Shown: positions 1-8,230 of the stretch, piece by piece
Position numbering within the stretch: position 1 is the first letter of the stretch
Layout of the letters: each line of letters begins with the position of its first letter
Assembly: GCA_028280265.1 (NCBI GenBank)
Contig: JANQMD010000055.1
Location: 3,626-67,625 of the forward strand
Source: Flavobacteriaceae bacterium
Lineage (GTDB): Bacteria; Bacteroidota; Bacteroidia; Flavobacteriales; Flavobacteriaceae
Length of the DNA: 64,000 nt
Direction: 5' to 3'
The notes under the pieces: generated by a model
What the model saw: the letters and a program-made list of their open reading frames with translations, nothing else
What the model was told of the DNA's origin: nothing
Databases searched by the model: none
Translations under genes and position numbers: made by a program

Positions 1-1806
1 CATGTTAAATGCGTTCACAGCACCAATCAAACAGTTGTTCGAAATATTATCTAAGTGACCTCTATATCTCAACCATGGTCCTGCCATAGAAATGTGATCT
101 GTGGTACATTTTCCATGAGCTTTAATTAACAACTTAGCCCCTTTAATTTCGTTACCAATTGGTTGGAAAGGAGTTAATAATTCTAAACGCTCAGAGTTAG
201 GGTCTACATTGATCTGTACTCCACTACCATCTTCTTCAGGAGCTAAATAGCCATTATCTTTTACTTCAAAACCTTTTGGTGGTAATTCCCATCCTGTTGG
301 CTCGTCTAGCATTACTTCTTCTCCATCTTTATTGATTAAGCTATCTGTTAATGGATTGAAATCTAAACGACCAGCAATTGCAATAGCAGCTACAAGTTCT
401 GGTGATGCAACGAATGCGTGCGTATTTGGATTCCCGTCAGCTCTTTTTGCGAAGTTTCTGTTGAAAGAATGTACGATACTATTTTTAGGCGCATTCTTTG
501 GGTCTTCATAACGAGCCCACTGACCGATACATGGCCCACACGCATTGGTAAAGATTTTAGCATCTAATTTTTCGAAAATATTTAATATCCCGTCTCTTTC
601 TGCTGTATATCTTACTTGCTCAGAACCTGGGTTAATTCCAAACTCTGCTTTTGTTTCCAAACCTTTGTCTAAAGCTTGCTGTGCAATAGAAGAAGCTCTA
701 GATAAGTCTTCGTAAGAAGAGTTGGTACAAGATCCTATCAATCCCCACTCTACTTTTAAAGGCCACTCATTTTCAGTTGCCTTTTTGGTCATTTCAGAAC
801 CTGCTGTAGTAGATAAATCTGGTGTAAAAGGTCCATTTAATAAAGGTCCTAACTCCGAAAGGTTAATTTCAATTACTTGATCGAAATATTGCTCTGGATT
901 TGCATAAACTTCTGGGTCAGCCGTTAAGTATTCTTTTACTTCATTAGCTGCATCAGCTACATCAGAACGATCTGTTGCTCTTAGATAACGCTCCATCGTT
1001 TCATCATATCCAAATGTTGAAGTAGTCGCTCCAATTTCAGCACCCATGTTACAGATGGTACCTTTACCTGTACAAGACATTGCACTAGCTCCTGGACCAA
1101 AATATTCTACAATCGCTCCTGTTCCACCTTTTACAGTAAGAATCTCAGCTACTTTTAAAATCACATCTTTAGGGGCAGTCCATCCAGAAAGTTTTCCAGT
1201 TAGTTTTACTCCTATCAACTTTGGAAATTTTAATTCCCATGGCATTCCTGCCATCACATCTACAGCATCAGCACCTCCTACACCAATGGCAACCATTCCC
1301 AATCCTCCTGCATTTACCGTATGAGAATCCGTTCCAATCATCATTCCTCCAGGAAATGCATAATTTTCTAATACTACTTGGTGAATAATCCCTGCTCCTG
1401 GCTTCCAAAAACCAATTCCATATTTATTAGATACAGACTCTAAAAAGTTAAATACTTCGTTACTTGTATTCAACGCTGACTGCAAATCCTTATCGGCTCC
1501 AACTTTTGCTTGTATTAAATGATCGCAATGTACAGTAGTAGGAACAGCAACTTTACTTTTACCAGCTTGCATAAACTGTAATAATGCCATTTGAGCAGTA
1601 GCATCTTGACATGCTACTCTGTCTGGAGCAAAGTCTACATAATCTTTCCCCCTTTCAAATGCTTTGGAAGGCACTCCTTCCCATAGGTGAGCATATAATA
1701 TTTTCTCTGCTAGTGTAAGTGGTTTTCCGGTAAGCTCTTTCGCAGCATCAACTCTTTCTGCTATTTTACTGTAAACCTCCTTAATCATTGCTATATCAAA
1801 AGCCAT
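1..1806 (-). CDS. aconitate hydratase (mitochondrial-type aconitase), N-terminal 602 codons; C-terminal part lies beyond the window start
   Basis: Absent from the ORF track because it is open at the window edge. Minus-strand translation from ATG 1806-1804 gives [12 protein letters not shown]... Aconitase motifs read directly: [11 protein letters not shown] (~1315-1345), GLIGSCTN (~720-745), ACGPCIGQW (~520-545). 1806 nt = 602 codons without a stop. Confidence 0.9.
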   Translation of the reverse strand, partial: MAFDIAMIKEVYSKIAERVDAAKELTGKPLTLAEKILYAHLWEGVPSKAFERGKDYVDFAPDRVACQDATAQMALLQFMQAGKSKVAVPTTVHCDHLIQAKVGADKDLQSALNTSNEVFNFLESVSNKYGIGFWKPGAGIIHQVVLENYAFPGGMMIGTDSHTVNAGGLGMVAIGVGGADAVDVMAGMPWELKFPKLIGVKLTGKLSGWTAPKDVILKVAEILTVKGGTGAIVEYFGPGASAMSCTGKGTICNMGAEIGATTSTFGYDETMERYLRATDRSDVADAANEVKEYLTADPEVYANPEQYFDQVIEINLSELGPLLNGPFTPDLSTTAGSEMTKKATENEWPLKVEWGLIGSCTNSSYEDLSRASSIAQQALDKGLETKAEFGINPGSEQVRYTAERDGILNIFEKLDAKIFTNACGPCIGQWARYEDPKNAPKNSIVHSFNRNFAKRADGNPNTHAFVASPELVAAIAIAGRLDFNPLTDSLINKDGEEVMLDEPTGWELPPKGFEVKDNGYLAPEEDGSGVQINVDPNSERLELLTPFQPIGNEIKGAKLLIKAHGKCTTDHISMAGPWLRYRGHLDNISNNCLIGAVNAFNM

Positions 1807-1983
1807 ATGATGTTTTATTTAAGGTTAATTTTAAAGTATTGCAAAAGTACTGCTTTTTGACGTATTTTAAAAAATAAACATCAAACTAAGCTAATTAATA
1901 AATTATTATTTTAAAATGAGTTACTTTTTAAATATTTGACAATGAAAAATTTATTTTCAGCTATTTTTTTAAGAATATGATAA

Positions 1984-2288
1984 AAAAAGCAGGTCAATAA
2001 GCCGGATTCTGTTCTCTATTTAAAGAGTCTTATCATTTATCTCGCTCTAAAATTACTTTTAGAGTCTATCTGCCTACCCCTTAGAATCGGGCGAGTTACC
2101 CTCGATCTCTAATATACGTGACATTGCACCGTATAGAGTTTACCTGATTTCACTACAGCCGAACTGTACTTGCTTTCTGTTGCACTTGTCCTCAGCTTAC
2201 GCTGGACGGGCGTTACCCGCTATACTACTCTGTGGTGTCCGGACTTTCCTCCACGCCATGGCGTGGCGATAAGATAGACCTGCTTTCG
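1984..2288 (-). ncRNA. rnpB: RNase P RNA, bacterial type A (~305 nt)
   Basis: The minus strand carries both conserved P4 strands: GGAGGAAAGTCCGG (rc of 2239-2252) and ACAGAATCCGGCTTA (rc of 1998-2012). Terminal P1 pairing is GAAAGCAGGTC (rc 2277-2287) with GACCTGCTTT (rc 1986-1995). It is a GC-rich island in an ORF-free gap. Ends +/-5 nt. Confidence 0.9.
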
Positions 2289-2293
2289 GTTGT

Positions 2294-2301
2294 CAAAAGT
2301 A
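2294..2301 (-). promoter_or_regulatory. candidate Bacteroidota -7 promoter box (TAnnTTTG) for rnpB
   Basis: The minus strand reads TACTTTTG followed by ACAACC and then the P1 5' strand GAAAGCAGG. This spacing fits a transcription start at the mature RNA 5' end. No clean -33 TTTG was seen. Confidence 0.5.
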
Positions 2302-2316
2302 CAATCTTTTATTCAT

Positions 2317-2343
2317 AAAAAAACCCACTCAAGATTGAGTGGG
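2317..2343 (-). terminator. rho-independent terminator (second of two after dnaJ, insulating rnpB)
   Basis: Stem CCCACTC (2324-2330) pairs with GAGTGGG (2337-2343). On the minus strand it is followed by a 7-T run (plus-strand A run 2317-2323). Confidence 0.75.
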
Positions 2344-2355
2344 AAAAATTGCTAT

Positions 2356-2387
2356 GAAAAAGAAAAAGTGTTGTTGTTTCCAACAAC
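2356..2387 (-). terminator. rho-independent terminator immediately after dnaJ
   Basis: Stem GTTGTTG (2370-2376) pairs with CAACAAC (2381-2387), loop TTTC. On the minus strand it is followed by ACTTTTTCTTTTT. Confidence 0.7.
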
Positions 2388-2449
2388 GTTTCAAATGTAA
2401 TATTTAATTTTTAAAACAAAAAACTTTTTAACCAAAAATTAAATTAATG

Positions 2450-3574
2450 TTAGGAGAACATATCTTTCACTTTTTCAAAAAATGATTTATCTGATTTCTT
2501 AGGAGATGGTGAGAAATTATCGTCTTCCTTCATCTTCTCGAAGAATTGTCTTTGCTCTTTAGTCAGCTCTTGAGGCGTCCAGACATTAATGTGTATCAAA
2601 AAATCTCCATTACCATAACGCTCTATACTTGGCAGTCCTTTTCCCTTTAGACGAAGAATTTTTCCAGATTGCGTTCCTCCATCAATTTTTATTTTCACTT
2701 TTCCTGAAACGGTTTCAACTTCCTTACTAGTACCTAAGACAGCATCGGACAGACTAATGTATAAATCATAATGAACATTGGTTCCTTCTCTTTTCAGTGT
2801 TTCGTGAGGAATTTCTTCAATTAGAACCAATAAATCTCCAGAGATTGAGTTTTTACCAGGAGCTTCATTTCCTTTTCCACCCACTTTTAGTTGTACTCCT
2901 TCTGTAACCCCAGCAGGGATTTGAATAGAAACGGTTTCCTCTTTTACTATCAGTCCTTGAGAATCTGAGCCATTTGGCTTGCTAGAAATCACTTCACCTG
3001 TACCCTGACAAGTTCCACAAGTAGTAGCCGTTTGCATCCTTCCTAAAATAGTATTGGTTACACGCATCTGCTGACCCGTTCCATTACAAGTAGAACAGGT
3101 TTTGTATGAAACTCCATCTGCTTGTACTTTACGACGGACCTTTACTTTCTTTTCAACCCCTTTGGCAATTTCTTCTAAGGTAAGTTTTACTCGAATACGA
3201 AGATTGCTTCCTTTCACCCTGGCCTGACCTCTTCCTCCTCCGCCAAAGCCGCCGAAGCCGCCCCCAAATGCACCTCCAAAAATGTCTCCAAACTGACTAA
3301 AAATATCTTCCATATTCATTCCGCCTCCACCAAAGCCACCTTGTCCGCCTTCAAAAGCAGCATGTCCATACTGATCGTAACGAGCTTTTTTGTTCTCATC
3401 ACTCAATATTTCATATGCCTCGGCAGCCTGTTTGAACTTTTCTTCGGCTTGTTTATCATCGGGGTTCTTATCTGGATGATATTTGATAGCCATCTTACGG
3501 TAGGCCTTTTTAATTTCTGCCGCAGATGCCGATCTTGTTACTCCTAATACTTCGTAGTAATCTTGTTTTGCCAT
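2450..3574 (-). CDS. dnaJ: molecular chaperone DnaJ (Hsp40)
   Basis: J domain with HPD (KYHPDKNP), a long Gly/Phe-rich linker, CxxCxGxG motifs ([16 protein letters not shown]) and a C-terminal substrate-binding region. The ATG at 3574 ([11 protein letters not shown]) is preferred over the TTG at 3583 used by the ORF track. Confidence 0.95.
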   Translation of the reverse strand: MAKQDYYEVLGVTRSASAAEIKKAYRKMAIKYHPDKNPDDKQAEEKFKQAAEAYEILSDENKKARYDQYGHAAFEGGQGGFGGGGMNMEDIFSQFGDIFGGAFGGGFGGFGGGGRGQARVKGSNLRIRVKLTLEEIAKGVEKKVKVRRKVQADGVSYKTCSTCNGTGQQMRVTNTILGRMQTATTCGTCQGTGEVISSKPNGSDSQGLIVKEETVSIQIPAGVTEGVQLKVGGKGNEAPGKNSISGDLLVLIEEIPHETLKREGTNVHYDLYISLSDAVLGTSKEVETVSGKVKIKIDGGTQSGKILRLKGKGLPSIERYGNGDFLIHINVWTPQELTKEQRQFFEKMKEDDNFSPSPKKSDKSFFEKVKDMFS

Positions 3575-3628
3575 AGTTTTCAATTGTCAATGATCATTGA
3601 TCACCGTTCATTGTATAATTGTTAATTG

Positions 3629-4162
3629 TTACTGTCCTATTACGACTTTAGGGTAACGAATAATTTTATCTCCTAACTTATACCCTTTTTCAACTGCATC
3701 GATAATCTTTCCTTTTAATTTGTCTGAAGGAGCTGGAATTTGTGTGATAGCTTCATGAATTTCAGCATCAAAAGCATCTCCTTGCTTCACTTTTATCTCA
3801 GACAATCCTTTGGACTGCAATGTACTTTTTAGCTTGTCACTGATCAATTGCATTCCTTTTAACAACTCTTTGTCTTTAGCCTTTTTGATTTCTGCCAAAC
3901 CTCTATCAAAATCGTCCATAATTGGCAGTAAAGCTGTCATTACTTCTTGACTTGCTGTCTTGAATAGTTCTATTCTTTCTTTAGTCGTTCGTTTTTTATA
4001 GTTTTCAAACTCTGCAAATAATCTTAAATATTTGTCTTTTTCTATCTGTACAAGCTCCTCTGTAGTTGGTTCCTCTTTTGCAACCTCCTGATTGTCTTCT
4101 ACCTGAGCTTCTTTTTCGTTGTTTTGAATTTCTTCTTCCTGTATCTTTTCTTCTTTACTCAT
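3629..4162 (-). CDS. grpE: nucleotide exchange factor GrpE
   Basis: Acidic coiled-coil N-terminus and the GrpE core LRLFAEFENYKKRTTKE. Sits directly upstream of dnaJ on the same strand. Confidence 0.9.
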   Translation of the reverse strand: MSKEEKIQEEEIQNNEKEAQVEDNQEVAKEEPTTEELVQIEKDKYLRLFAEFENYKKRTTKERIELFKTASQEVMTALLPIMDDFDRGLAEIKKAKDKELLKGMQLISDKLKSTLQSKGLSEIKVKQGDAFDAEIHEAITQIPAPSDKLKGKIIDAVEKGYKLGDKIIRYPKVVIGQ

Positions 4163-4326
4163 TTTTAGTAATGATTAAAATGTTTACATTTTATTGTCAA
4201 GAATTTTGCCAATAAAAAAATAGTGCCAACTTGACACTATTTCATCATAAAATAGACAAACACAGATTTTAATATCGATGCCATTTCAAAAATGGTGGAG
4301 TTAATGACAAGCTTTTGTTCTTCTTT

Positions 4327-4560
4327 TTAAGAGAATCCCATGACTCTGTGATGTACTACTTTATCTTCGTTAATAAAGGTCATAGACATTTCTGAAATAT
4401 CTAAGTTTTTTACTTTCTGATCTAGAAAACAATTAAGTGTGTCTACCAGAATGTCATCAAATCTTATATAGCTATTATTTTTACCCGAGGATGCAAATAA
4501 GGAAATACTTGCGAATAGGCAGATGATATATTTTATGCTCTTGGAGGTTCGTTTAGACAA
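4327..4560 (-). CDS. hypothetical small protein with N-terminal hydrophobic anchor
   Basis: 77-aa ORF in an otherwise empty gap. It has a basic N-terminus followed by the hydrophobic stretch IICLFASISLFASS. No recognisable domain. Confidence 0.3.
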   Translation of the reverse strand: MSKRTSKSIKYIICLFASISLFASSGKNNSYIRFDDILVDTLNCFLDQKVKNLDISEMSMTFINEDKVVHHRVMGFS

Positions 4561-4691
4561 AACTATTTTGCTTTTATGTCTAGGACTACACTAGAACCAA
4601 AAATGTTATTTAGATTAATGAAAAAATAAAGAATTTATAATTATATAACAATCATTTATCTATTTTTACGCATTATTAATAAAATTTCAGA

Positions 4692-5945
4692 ATGAAAATT
4701 TATGCTACTTTATTGATAACATACATTGGTTTTTTTCTGACTTATGCATTGAATAAATATCTGACTACCCATCTCAACTTAGATGGATTAGGAGATTTTA
4801 AGGTAGGCTTGAGTGTTGCTAGTATACTTGCCATTATCATTAACTTTGGCGGAAATGGATCCCTTAAACGTTTTATTCCCAAATATTTTAGCAATAAAGA
4901 TTTTGCTTCCATCGCTGGTTTAATACGATTTTATTTTCGCAAAATACTTCAGCTATCCCTGATTTTGTTGGTTCTTTATATTATTGCATATTTTGTTATA
5001 AAATTTGTCGGCAATGCCGAATTAGAACACGAAGCAATGGAGGCAGTACTACTGACACCACTGATTGCTTTAAGTATGTTAATTGTATCGGGACTTCAGG
5101 CACGATATAGACCTATACAGTCCATTTTGTCTCACCGAGTTTTAGAACCCTTAATATTCCTATTTCTTTGTTATTGTTGGCTTCACTTTTGGCATCCACC
5201 AAACATTAATGAAATTATTATTTTATTTACTATAACTACAGTATCCATTCTGCTGATACAATCGTATTTTTTCAATAAAACTTTGCCTTTTAACTTACTA
5301 AAAGTAAAACCATTATTTCATGTTAGCGAATGGAAAAAGGTGGGTTTTCCACTACTATACTCTACTGTTGCCAATACTTTTCTAGTAAAAATTGATACGC
5401 TGGCTCTGGAGGTTATACATCCTGATGAAAAAGCTGTTGGAATATTTACTTTGTTGATATTTATAGTATCACTTATTAAGTTAAATTATAGCTCCATTCT
5501 AAGTGTTATCACGCCAGGGATAGCCGTATCTGAAGATAGAGTAACTTGGCAAAAAATTTATAATAAAGGTTTCTTATCTATGCTAACTGTCAATCTGATT
5601 GCTAGTTCGATACTTATCATTTTTGCTAATGATATACTTCTGAACTTTGGTGAAGAAATGCTACCCTATAAAAACTGGTTGATCATCCTACTTTCAGCTG
5701 AAGTTATAAATAGAGCATTAGAGGTGTCATCTGCGTTTTTAAGATTTACAGGACATCAAAAACAGGCTAAAGATAATAGCAATCTTGTCATGGTATTAAA
5801 TTTAGTATCATGTCCTATTTTAGTATTTTTTTACGGAATGCCTGGAGCAATGGTCTCTCTGATTATTACCCGATTTGTAAGAGCTTTTAATTACTCGCGC
5901 CTAATGAAAAAACATGTTGGTATCAAACCTTTAATTATATACTAA
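4692..5945 (+). CDS. polytopic membrane protein, MOP/Wzx-like oligosaccharide flippase family
   Basis: 417 aa with about 12 hydrophobic segments throughout. The general pattern matches polysaccharide-biosynthesis flippases. No neighbouring glycosyltransferases. Confidence 0.5.
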   Translation: MKIYATLLITYIGFFLTYALNKYLTTHLNLDGLGDFKVGLSVASILAIIINFGGNGSLKRFIPKYFSNKDFASIAGLIRFYFRKILQLSLILLVLYIIAYFVIKFVGNAELEHEAMEAVLLTPLIALSMLIVSGLQARYRPIQSILSHRVLEPLIFLFLCYCWLHFWHPPNINEIIILFTITTVSILLIQSYFFNKTLPFNLLKVKPLFHVSEWKKVGFPLLYSTVANTFLVKIDTLALEVIHPDEKAVGIFTLLIFIVSLIKLNYSSILSVITPGIAVSEDRVTWQKIYNKGFLSMLTVNLIASSILIIFANDILLNFGEEMLPYKNWLIILLSAEVINRALEVSSAFLRFTGHQKQAKDNSNLVMVLNLVSCPILVFFYGMPGAMVSLIITRFVRAFNYSRLMKKHVGIKPLIIY

Positions 5946-6230
5946 GAAAACATTTTGCTTTTTAAAGTATACTTATCTTGTGTAGCTTTTATTGATTTAA
6001 CTTGAATTTTTCATTCTAAAAACGTGCATAAAACGTTCCTTAAAATGCTGAAAAATAACGAATATCGTCTATCTAAAATCATCAATAACAAACACAACTA
6101 TTGATCTTGATCCAGAAATTAACTGTAGATTAAAAACTCTGTTATTTTTAGAGCTTGCAACTGGTTCAGGATGACAATTTCAAAGGAAACTCAAGGTCTA
6201 TGGTTATTGCTACGAAAAATTCTTTTTGAA

Positions 6231-7544
6231 TTAATTTTCCAGTCGCTCAATTTTAGCACCAATCGATCGCAAACGGTGTTCTATGTCTTCATAGCCACGA
6301 TCTATTTGCTCAATGTTATTGATGACACTTGTTCCTTTGGCTGAGAGAGCTGCAATTAACAAAGAGATTCCCGCTCGGATATCTGGTGAGGTCATTTTTG
6401 TAGCTTTCAATTGAGATTGACGGTTATGCCCAATGACAGTTGCTCTGTGAGGGTCGCATAAGATAACCTTTGCTCCCATGTCAATTAATTTGTCTACAAA
6501 GAAGAGTCGACTTTCAAACATTTTTTGGTGAATCAAAACAGTTCCTTTTGCTTGTGTAGCCACGACTAAGACAATACTTAATAAATCGGGTGTAAATCCT
6601 GGCCACGGAGCGTCGGCCACCGTAAGAACGGATCCGTCTATATATGTTTGAATTTCATAAGAGTCTTGTTCTGGAATGTAAATGTCATCACCTCTTTTCT
6701 CGAGTTGGATTCCTAACTTTCTAAAAACATTTGGGATTTGACCTAAATCTTTCCAACTCACATCTTCAATGGTCAATTCAGATTGAGTCATAGCAGCCAT
6801 TCCAATCCAACTTCCAATTTCAATCATGTCTGGCAAAACTCTGTGGGAACAACCTCCTAGTGAATCAACTCCTTCTATTATGAGTAAGTTCGAACCTACT
6901 CCACTAATTTTAGCACCCATGCTATTCAACATTTTAGACAACTGTTGAATGTAGGGTTCACAGGCAGCATTGTAAATGGTTGTTTTTCCTTTTGCCAAAA
7001 CAGCAGCCATGATAATATTTGCTGTTCCAGTCACAGAGGCTTCATCTAGAAGCATGTCAGTCCCTGTAAGTCCTTCTTCGGCTTCTACTCCATAGAAATA
7101 CTCTTCTCTATTGTATCTAAATTTTGCTCCTAATCGAATAAATCCTTCGAAATGTGTATCCAATCGTCTCCTCCCTATCTTATCTCCTCCTGGTCTAGGA
7201 ATATACCCTTTCCCAAAACGAGCTAATAAAGGTCCCACAATCATGATAGAGCCTCGCAAAGAACTACCATCTCTTTTAAATTCTACAGATTCTAAATATT
7301 GTAAGTTAATTTCATCTGCTTGAAATGTATAGCTATTGGGAGAGTGCTTTTCAATTTTCACCCCTAATTCTCCTAAAATGAATATCAATTTATTGACATC
7401 GATAATATTTGGAATATTATCTATCCTAACTTTTTCAGGAGTAAGCAATACAGCACATAAAATTTGTAATGCTTCATTTTTAGCCCCTTGTGGTTTTATG
7501 GAACCTCTTAATTTATGTCCGCCTTCAATCTTAAAAGAAGCCAT
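6231..7544 (-). CDS. murA: UDP-N-acetylglucosamine 1-carboxyvinyltransferase
   Basis: Aligns by eye along its full length with E. coli MurA (KIEGGHKLRGSIKPQGAKNEALQILCA; RGSIMIVGPLLARFGKG; DRGYEDIEHRLRSIGAKIERL). The active-site loop reads PGGDKIGRRRLD, with Asp where E. coli has Cys115. Confidence 0.95.
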   Translation of the reverse strand: MASFKIEGGHKLRGSIKPQGAKNEALQILCAVLLTPEKVRIDNIPNIIDVNKLIFILGELGVKIEKHSPNSYTFQADEINLQYLESVEFKRDGSSLRGSIMIVGPLLARFGKGYIPRPGGDKIGRRRLDTHFEGFIRLGAKFRYNREEYFYGVEAEEGLTGTDMLLDEASVTGTANIIMAAVLAKGKTTIYNAACEPYIQQLSKMLNSMGAKISGVGSNLLIIEGVDSLGGCSHRVLPDMIEIGSWIGMAAMTQSELTIEDVSWKDLGQIPNVFRKLGIQLEKRGDDIYIPEQDSYEIQTYIDGSVLTVADAPWPGFTPDLLSIVLVVATQAKGTVLIHQKMFESRLFFVDKLIDMGAKVILCDPHRATVIGHNRQSQLKATKMTSPDIRAGISLLIAALSAKGTSVINNIEQIDRGYEDIEHRLRSIGAKIERLEN

Positions 7545-8165
7545 TTATCTTTTTCTATTTTTATTTTTTCCTCCTTTGTTACCTTGACTCTTTCTTGATC
7601 TTAGTAAGTCTTTTGCATCTGATAAAGATTCTTCTGAATTTCTTAAATCAAACTTACCATCAGAGAGTTCATAAAGGTGTTCAAAAATAACAGCATCTTC
7701 TACCGTATCTTTATTCCAGCTCAAGAAGCATTTCTTCATATGATTTGCGATGGTAAAAACCAATGCATCTTTCATTTCTCCATCATCCCATGTCAATGCT
7801 GTATCGATCATAATCTGGATATTATTTCCATAAAATCGATACTTAGAAGCAGATTTGGGATAATTTAAACGATCTGGCTTCCCTTGTAATTCTTCTTTTG
7901 AAGGTTTTTCATAAGGTCCATCGACATCCAATTGAAAGTTTGACATGATATGAAGCTGATCCCATAATTTATGCTTAAAATCTGGAACATCTCTTAAATG
8001 CGGTTGTAGGTTTCCCATGACATCGATAATAGCCTGTGCCATTTTATTTCTCTCCTCCTTGGTTTCTAAACCCACACAATGGTCAACTAATTTTTGAATA
8101 TGCCTTCCATATTCTGGGATGATTAATAAAGTTCTTTCTGAGTTGTATTCTAAATCAAATGTCAT
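7545..8165 (-). CDS. DUF4290-like protein with basic C-terminal tail
   Basis: 206 aa. Its stop abuts the murA start with no gap. From memory, a DUF4290 gene typically precedes murA in Flavobacteriia. The tail is RSRKSQGNKGGKNKNRKR. Confidence 0.6.
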   Translation of the reverse strand: MTFDLEYNSERTLLIIPEYGRHIQKLVDHCVGLETKEERNKMAQAIIDVMGNLQPHLRDVPDFKHKLWDQLHIMSNFQLDVDGPYEKPSKEELQGKPDRLNYPKSASKYRFYGNNIQIMIDTALTWDDGEMKDALVFTIANHMKKCFLSWNKDTVEDAVIFEHLYELSDGKFDLRNSEESLSDAKDLLRSRKSQGNKGGKNKNRKR

Positions 8166-8230
8166 GTATCTATCTTATGGTGTTTTGTAATGCTTTGCAA
8201 AATACATATTATTTGGTACGAAAAATCGAA

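Noticed and set aside
1046-1324. 92-aa plus-strand ORF from the track
   Set aside because: It lies entirely antisense to the aconitase CDS, which has clear catalytic motifs. The translation is low-complexity and Pro/Thr-rich, so it is a shadow ORF.
3341-3547. 68-aa plus-strand ORF inside dnaJ
   Set aside because: It is antisense to the DnaJ J-domain and G/F region and has no independent signals.
4220-4240. Canonical CIRCE/HrcA operator upstream of grpE
   Set aside because: The N9 spacing matches, but the arms (ATAGTG/CACTAT) do not match TTAGCACTC/GAGTGCTAA. It is kept only as a low-interest variant candidate.
7111-7587. Two plus-strand ORFs (70 and 83 aa) over murA
   Set aside because: They are antisense shadow ORFs within a well-supported murA CDS.
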